From NCBI RefSeq assembly GCF_004010195.1, contig NC_057726.1, positions 48,171,348 to 48,210,691 on the forward strand: a stretch of 39,344 bases of DNA. The letters are read 5' to 3'. The stretch is from Chiloscyllium plagiosum. Lineage: Eukaryota. Positions 36,499 to 39,344 of this stretch are shown in pieces (position 1 is the stretch's first letter; each line of letters begins with the position of its first letter). The translations under genes and the position numbers were made by a program. Below the pieces are notes generated by a model, which saw only the letters and a list, made by a program, of their open reading frames with translations, had not been told where the DNA came from and did no database searches.

Positions 36499-37668
36499 TG
36501 TTATGGGAGCAGGAGAAACTAATGCCTCCACATTGTACTAACACTGCTGTCTTTTCCCCTGCCAATTCTGGCAGTAAACAGTGCTTTTTGCAAACAAGAA
36601 TGTGATCTAATCAAATTTATGCTGGCAGTCAGCATAACCAAATAAGTGAACGCACACTTATTTCCAAACATTTATAGTGGGCATATGATACAGAAAAGAA
36701 TACACATTCCCTTGACAATACCATCAGACTGGAACATATTGAATTAATTGCAACTGATGATAATGGAATTGTATGAGTACACTTTTTATATGCAAGTTTA
36801 TATAAGAGAATCAGAGGAATTTCTATTCGCACTTAGGGAATAAAGTAACGCCTCTACTTCTGAGATGATGATGGTAGAAAGTGCTAATTTTGAACTTTCA
36901 TCACTTGACTTAAGTGTTTGTTTAAAAGGAAAAACATTGATTGAAGATGGCCACAAGTTAATTAGCCATCAACAAACAAGAATTAGTCTGACTCAGAATT
37001 AGTGTTGTTATAAAACGGCATTAGAATTCAATCAGTATCTGTTGGTTGATTCACACCTTTCCAAAAAAATACTCATTTAGGGATGCTAGCCACCTGAAGA
37101 CTAACCAGAAAAAAAGACAATTAAGGCAGATTTGGGAATACAGAAGTTGACCATATTTCAGGCAAACAGCTTTTGGGCTATTTGGAGGAGGAAAAAGATA
37201 GAATGGTAAAAACAGAACTGAGAACTCAAAAACGTGCTCAGATTTAAAGCAACTTGGAATAATATCCAGAGAACTCAGAAATATCTGTAAACATCAATTT
37301 TGCAGAGGGTACAAATTATCAATTAGCCAACTATAGCTTCACACTAAAAGCTAACTCTTCAAAAACTCAAGAACTTTTAAACTGCTTATCCTTAATCTTC
37401 CTTTTTGAACTCTCCTTATTAAACTTTATACCTGTTTTTGTGTGCATGTTCAATCTTGCATTTTTAAAGTTTCCTCTGGCTAAGTAAGAAAATTCCTCTT
37501 CCTTTCACTCAAGAAAACCTTGCAATTGGCTCTTTAATTTAAACCAGAACTACAGTTTAATTGACGTTTGATAAAGCTGCATGCCAAAAAGAATGAAAAA
37601 CATTTCTGTAGTGAACGAAAGGGGTTTAAACAGGGAACTAACTCATCCCTCCTCACTTAGTTGTAATA
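36499..37668 (+). mobile_element. Probable old solo LTR
   Basis: Begins TGTTATG like the other two LTRs and ends gtaata (decayed GTAACA); no TSD recognisable. Confidence 0.4.
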
Positions 37669-38252
37669 TCACATTATCATTTTTCTGAAGTAAACACTCA
37701 TTGCATTCCTATCCTCCACTCGATGGTAAGAATGAAAATATCCACAAGTTAAATGAAAACGTACTCAATAATTTTGTCTGGATCTTGTTAATGAATTAGT
37801 TCTTCTTTAATAAAAATGTCAATTTCCATAACCCGGTTTATTGGTAGGATTGAAGCAAACTAAATGGTTTAGTTACAGTTTATAATCTTAGAACCAATTT
37901 TTCTTTCAATTAATGCAAGATATTTGAACCAAATTTACAACAAGAATCCATACTTCATTGCATTATACATTATGTTGAGCAAAAATGGATTATTCCCTCC
38001 CAAGGGCAAAAGACCACATTAAGTAAAATGGGCTAAAAAACACAGCAGAGTAAAAGAATAGACTGGTTATAGTATCTGTTGTATTTTAAAACATTTGTGT
38101 TAAAAGGCTGATACTTTGTAAATCATTGAATTGTGGAGCAGAAGAAATATCTGCCAGGGAGTGGAGAGCTTCAATGGAAATATATGTCCCATTGTTTAGC
38201 CAAAAGCTGAATAGTGGTAGGGCAATGGATTAGTAAGACTTGGTATGAAAAG

Positions 38253-38889
38253 TGTTATGGACTAGGCCAGACCACTCAAAACATTCTTAAGCAGGCATCC
38301 CAGACCATAACTTTGCAATTTGTTTCAGTAAGTGTACAGTGAAAATTACCCAGATTAAGTTAGCGAAATTGACCTCCAGGTTTAAAACAGACAAAAAAAA
38401 ATTCACAAAATTACTCAATGAAACATGGAGAACAAAATAAAGAACCCTTACAGAACTCAGTCTTTCCAAACTAGACATATGCTGTTCCAAATATACACAA
38501 CAGTCCTCATAGGCAAACCCCCTTTAAAACACAGTACAAAAAATGGGTCAGATGCTGATAGGTTGAAGTTAGAAGAGCAGAAGCGAGAGTTTCCACACAG
38601 CTCACTGTTGAACTCGCAACCAGTTCTGGACTGAACTAAACTGCTCAGCTAGAGAGCTGACCACTCCCCTTTTATTCTACAGGTCACTTCTTAAACATGA
38701 CAACTTTGTCCTGAAGTCTCATCTGTTTACATATAAACAAAAGGCCTCTCAAAATCCTTCTCATCTCTGTACCAACCCAGTCTGATCGGAGACCGGCCTG
38801 GTTTATGACCCCTCTGAAAAAAATCAAGAACAGAGTATCCTTGAGCCAAGGAACAGTTTTTAGAAAAATAAAGGACTAGCCTTGTGACA
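38253..38889 (-). mobile_element. Solo LTR (Gypsy/ERV-type), 637 bp
   Basis: TGTTAT...GTGACA termini; flanks aaag/taag (4-bp TSD, one mismatch); TATA-like tagaataaaagggg on minus near 38670. Confidence 0.7.
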
Positions 38890-39113
38890 TAAGGACATGG
38901 GCAGCAGAGGTTTGGATGATCTCCTGTTATAGAATATAGAATATTGAACACCAGCCAAGAATGCATTAGTATTCGGATGTACAGATGCTGTAGGCATGAT
39001 GAGATGGGGCAGGGGTGGAATTGGCTGTGAAATATGCAGTCTTGAAGATCGCTTTGAAGCTCACCATGAAACCAAACTTGGTTCAGCTTTAACAATTGCC
39101 GGAGAGAGTATTC

Positions 39114-39344
39114 AAGGGAGGCGCGGTAGTAGTTTGGCGCACCGACCTTTACACCACTGAGTCTAAACGCCAGCTCACGAACACCTCCTCCTACTGCCCT
39201 CTTGACCATGACCCCACCTCCCACCACCAAACCATCATCTCCCAGATCATCCAGAACCTCATCACCTCAGGGGATCTCCCATCCACCGCCTCCAGCCTCA
39301 TAGTCCCACAACCCCGCACCGCCCGTTTCTACCTCCTGCCCAAA
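39114..39344 (+). mobile_element. Penelope-like (Neptune-type) reverse transcriptase, 5'-truncated, open to the window edge
   Basis: 77 stop-free codons absent from the ORF track: KGGAVVVWRTDLYTTESKRQLTNTSSYCPLDHDPTSHHQTIISQIIQNLITSGDLPSTASSLIVPQPRTARFYLLPK, with PLE motifs (D)KG..VV and FY.LPK. Confidence 0.92.

Noticed and set aside
38727..39230. 167-aa minus-strand ORF, the longest in the track
   Set aside because: It is antisense to the PLE RT and crosses unrelated flank and LTR sequence.

Overview
This is non-genic, AT-rich vertebrate DNA. The repeat families (HE1-type and SacSINE1/Deu-type SINEs, HER1/CR1 LINEs, shark-type Penelope tails) point to a cartilaginous fish, probably a shark; that is inferred from recalled family resemblance, not a database search. 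No intact host protein-coding gene is supported, and nearly all tracked ORFs are chance ORFs or transposon fossils. The window holds many CR1/L2 fragments, a ~1.3 kb decayed RTE LINE, two solo LTRs with 4-bp target-site duplications (TSDs) plus a probable third, a TA-flanked Tigger/pogo-type MITE, a fossil two-gene PIF/Harbinger element split by nested insertions, a ~2 kb 26/30-bp minisatellite and a near-perfect 167-bp tandem duplication. The most striking signal is a dense set of Penelope-like element (PLE) derivatives from at least three families. One group is short (90-280 bp) non-coding fold-back insertions, most with 12-16 bp TSDs, recurrent breakpoints and minimal hammerhead-ribozyme-like cores (CUGANGA-N-stem-GAAACGUH). 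An uninterrupted PLE reverse transcriptase frame runs off the right edge.
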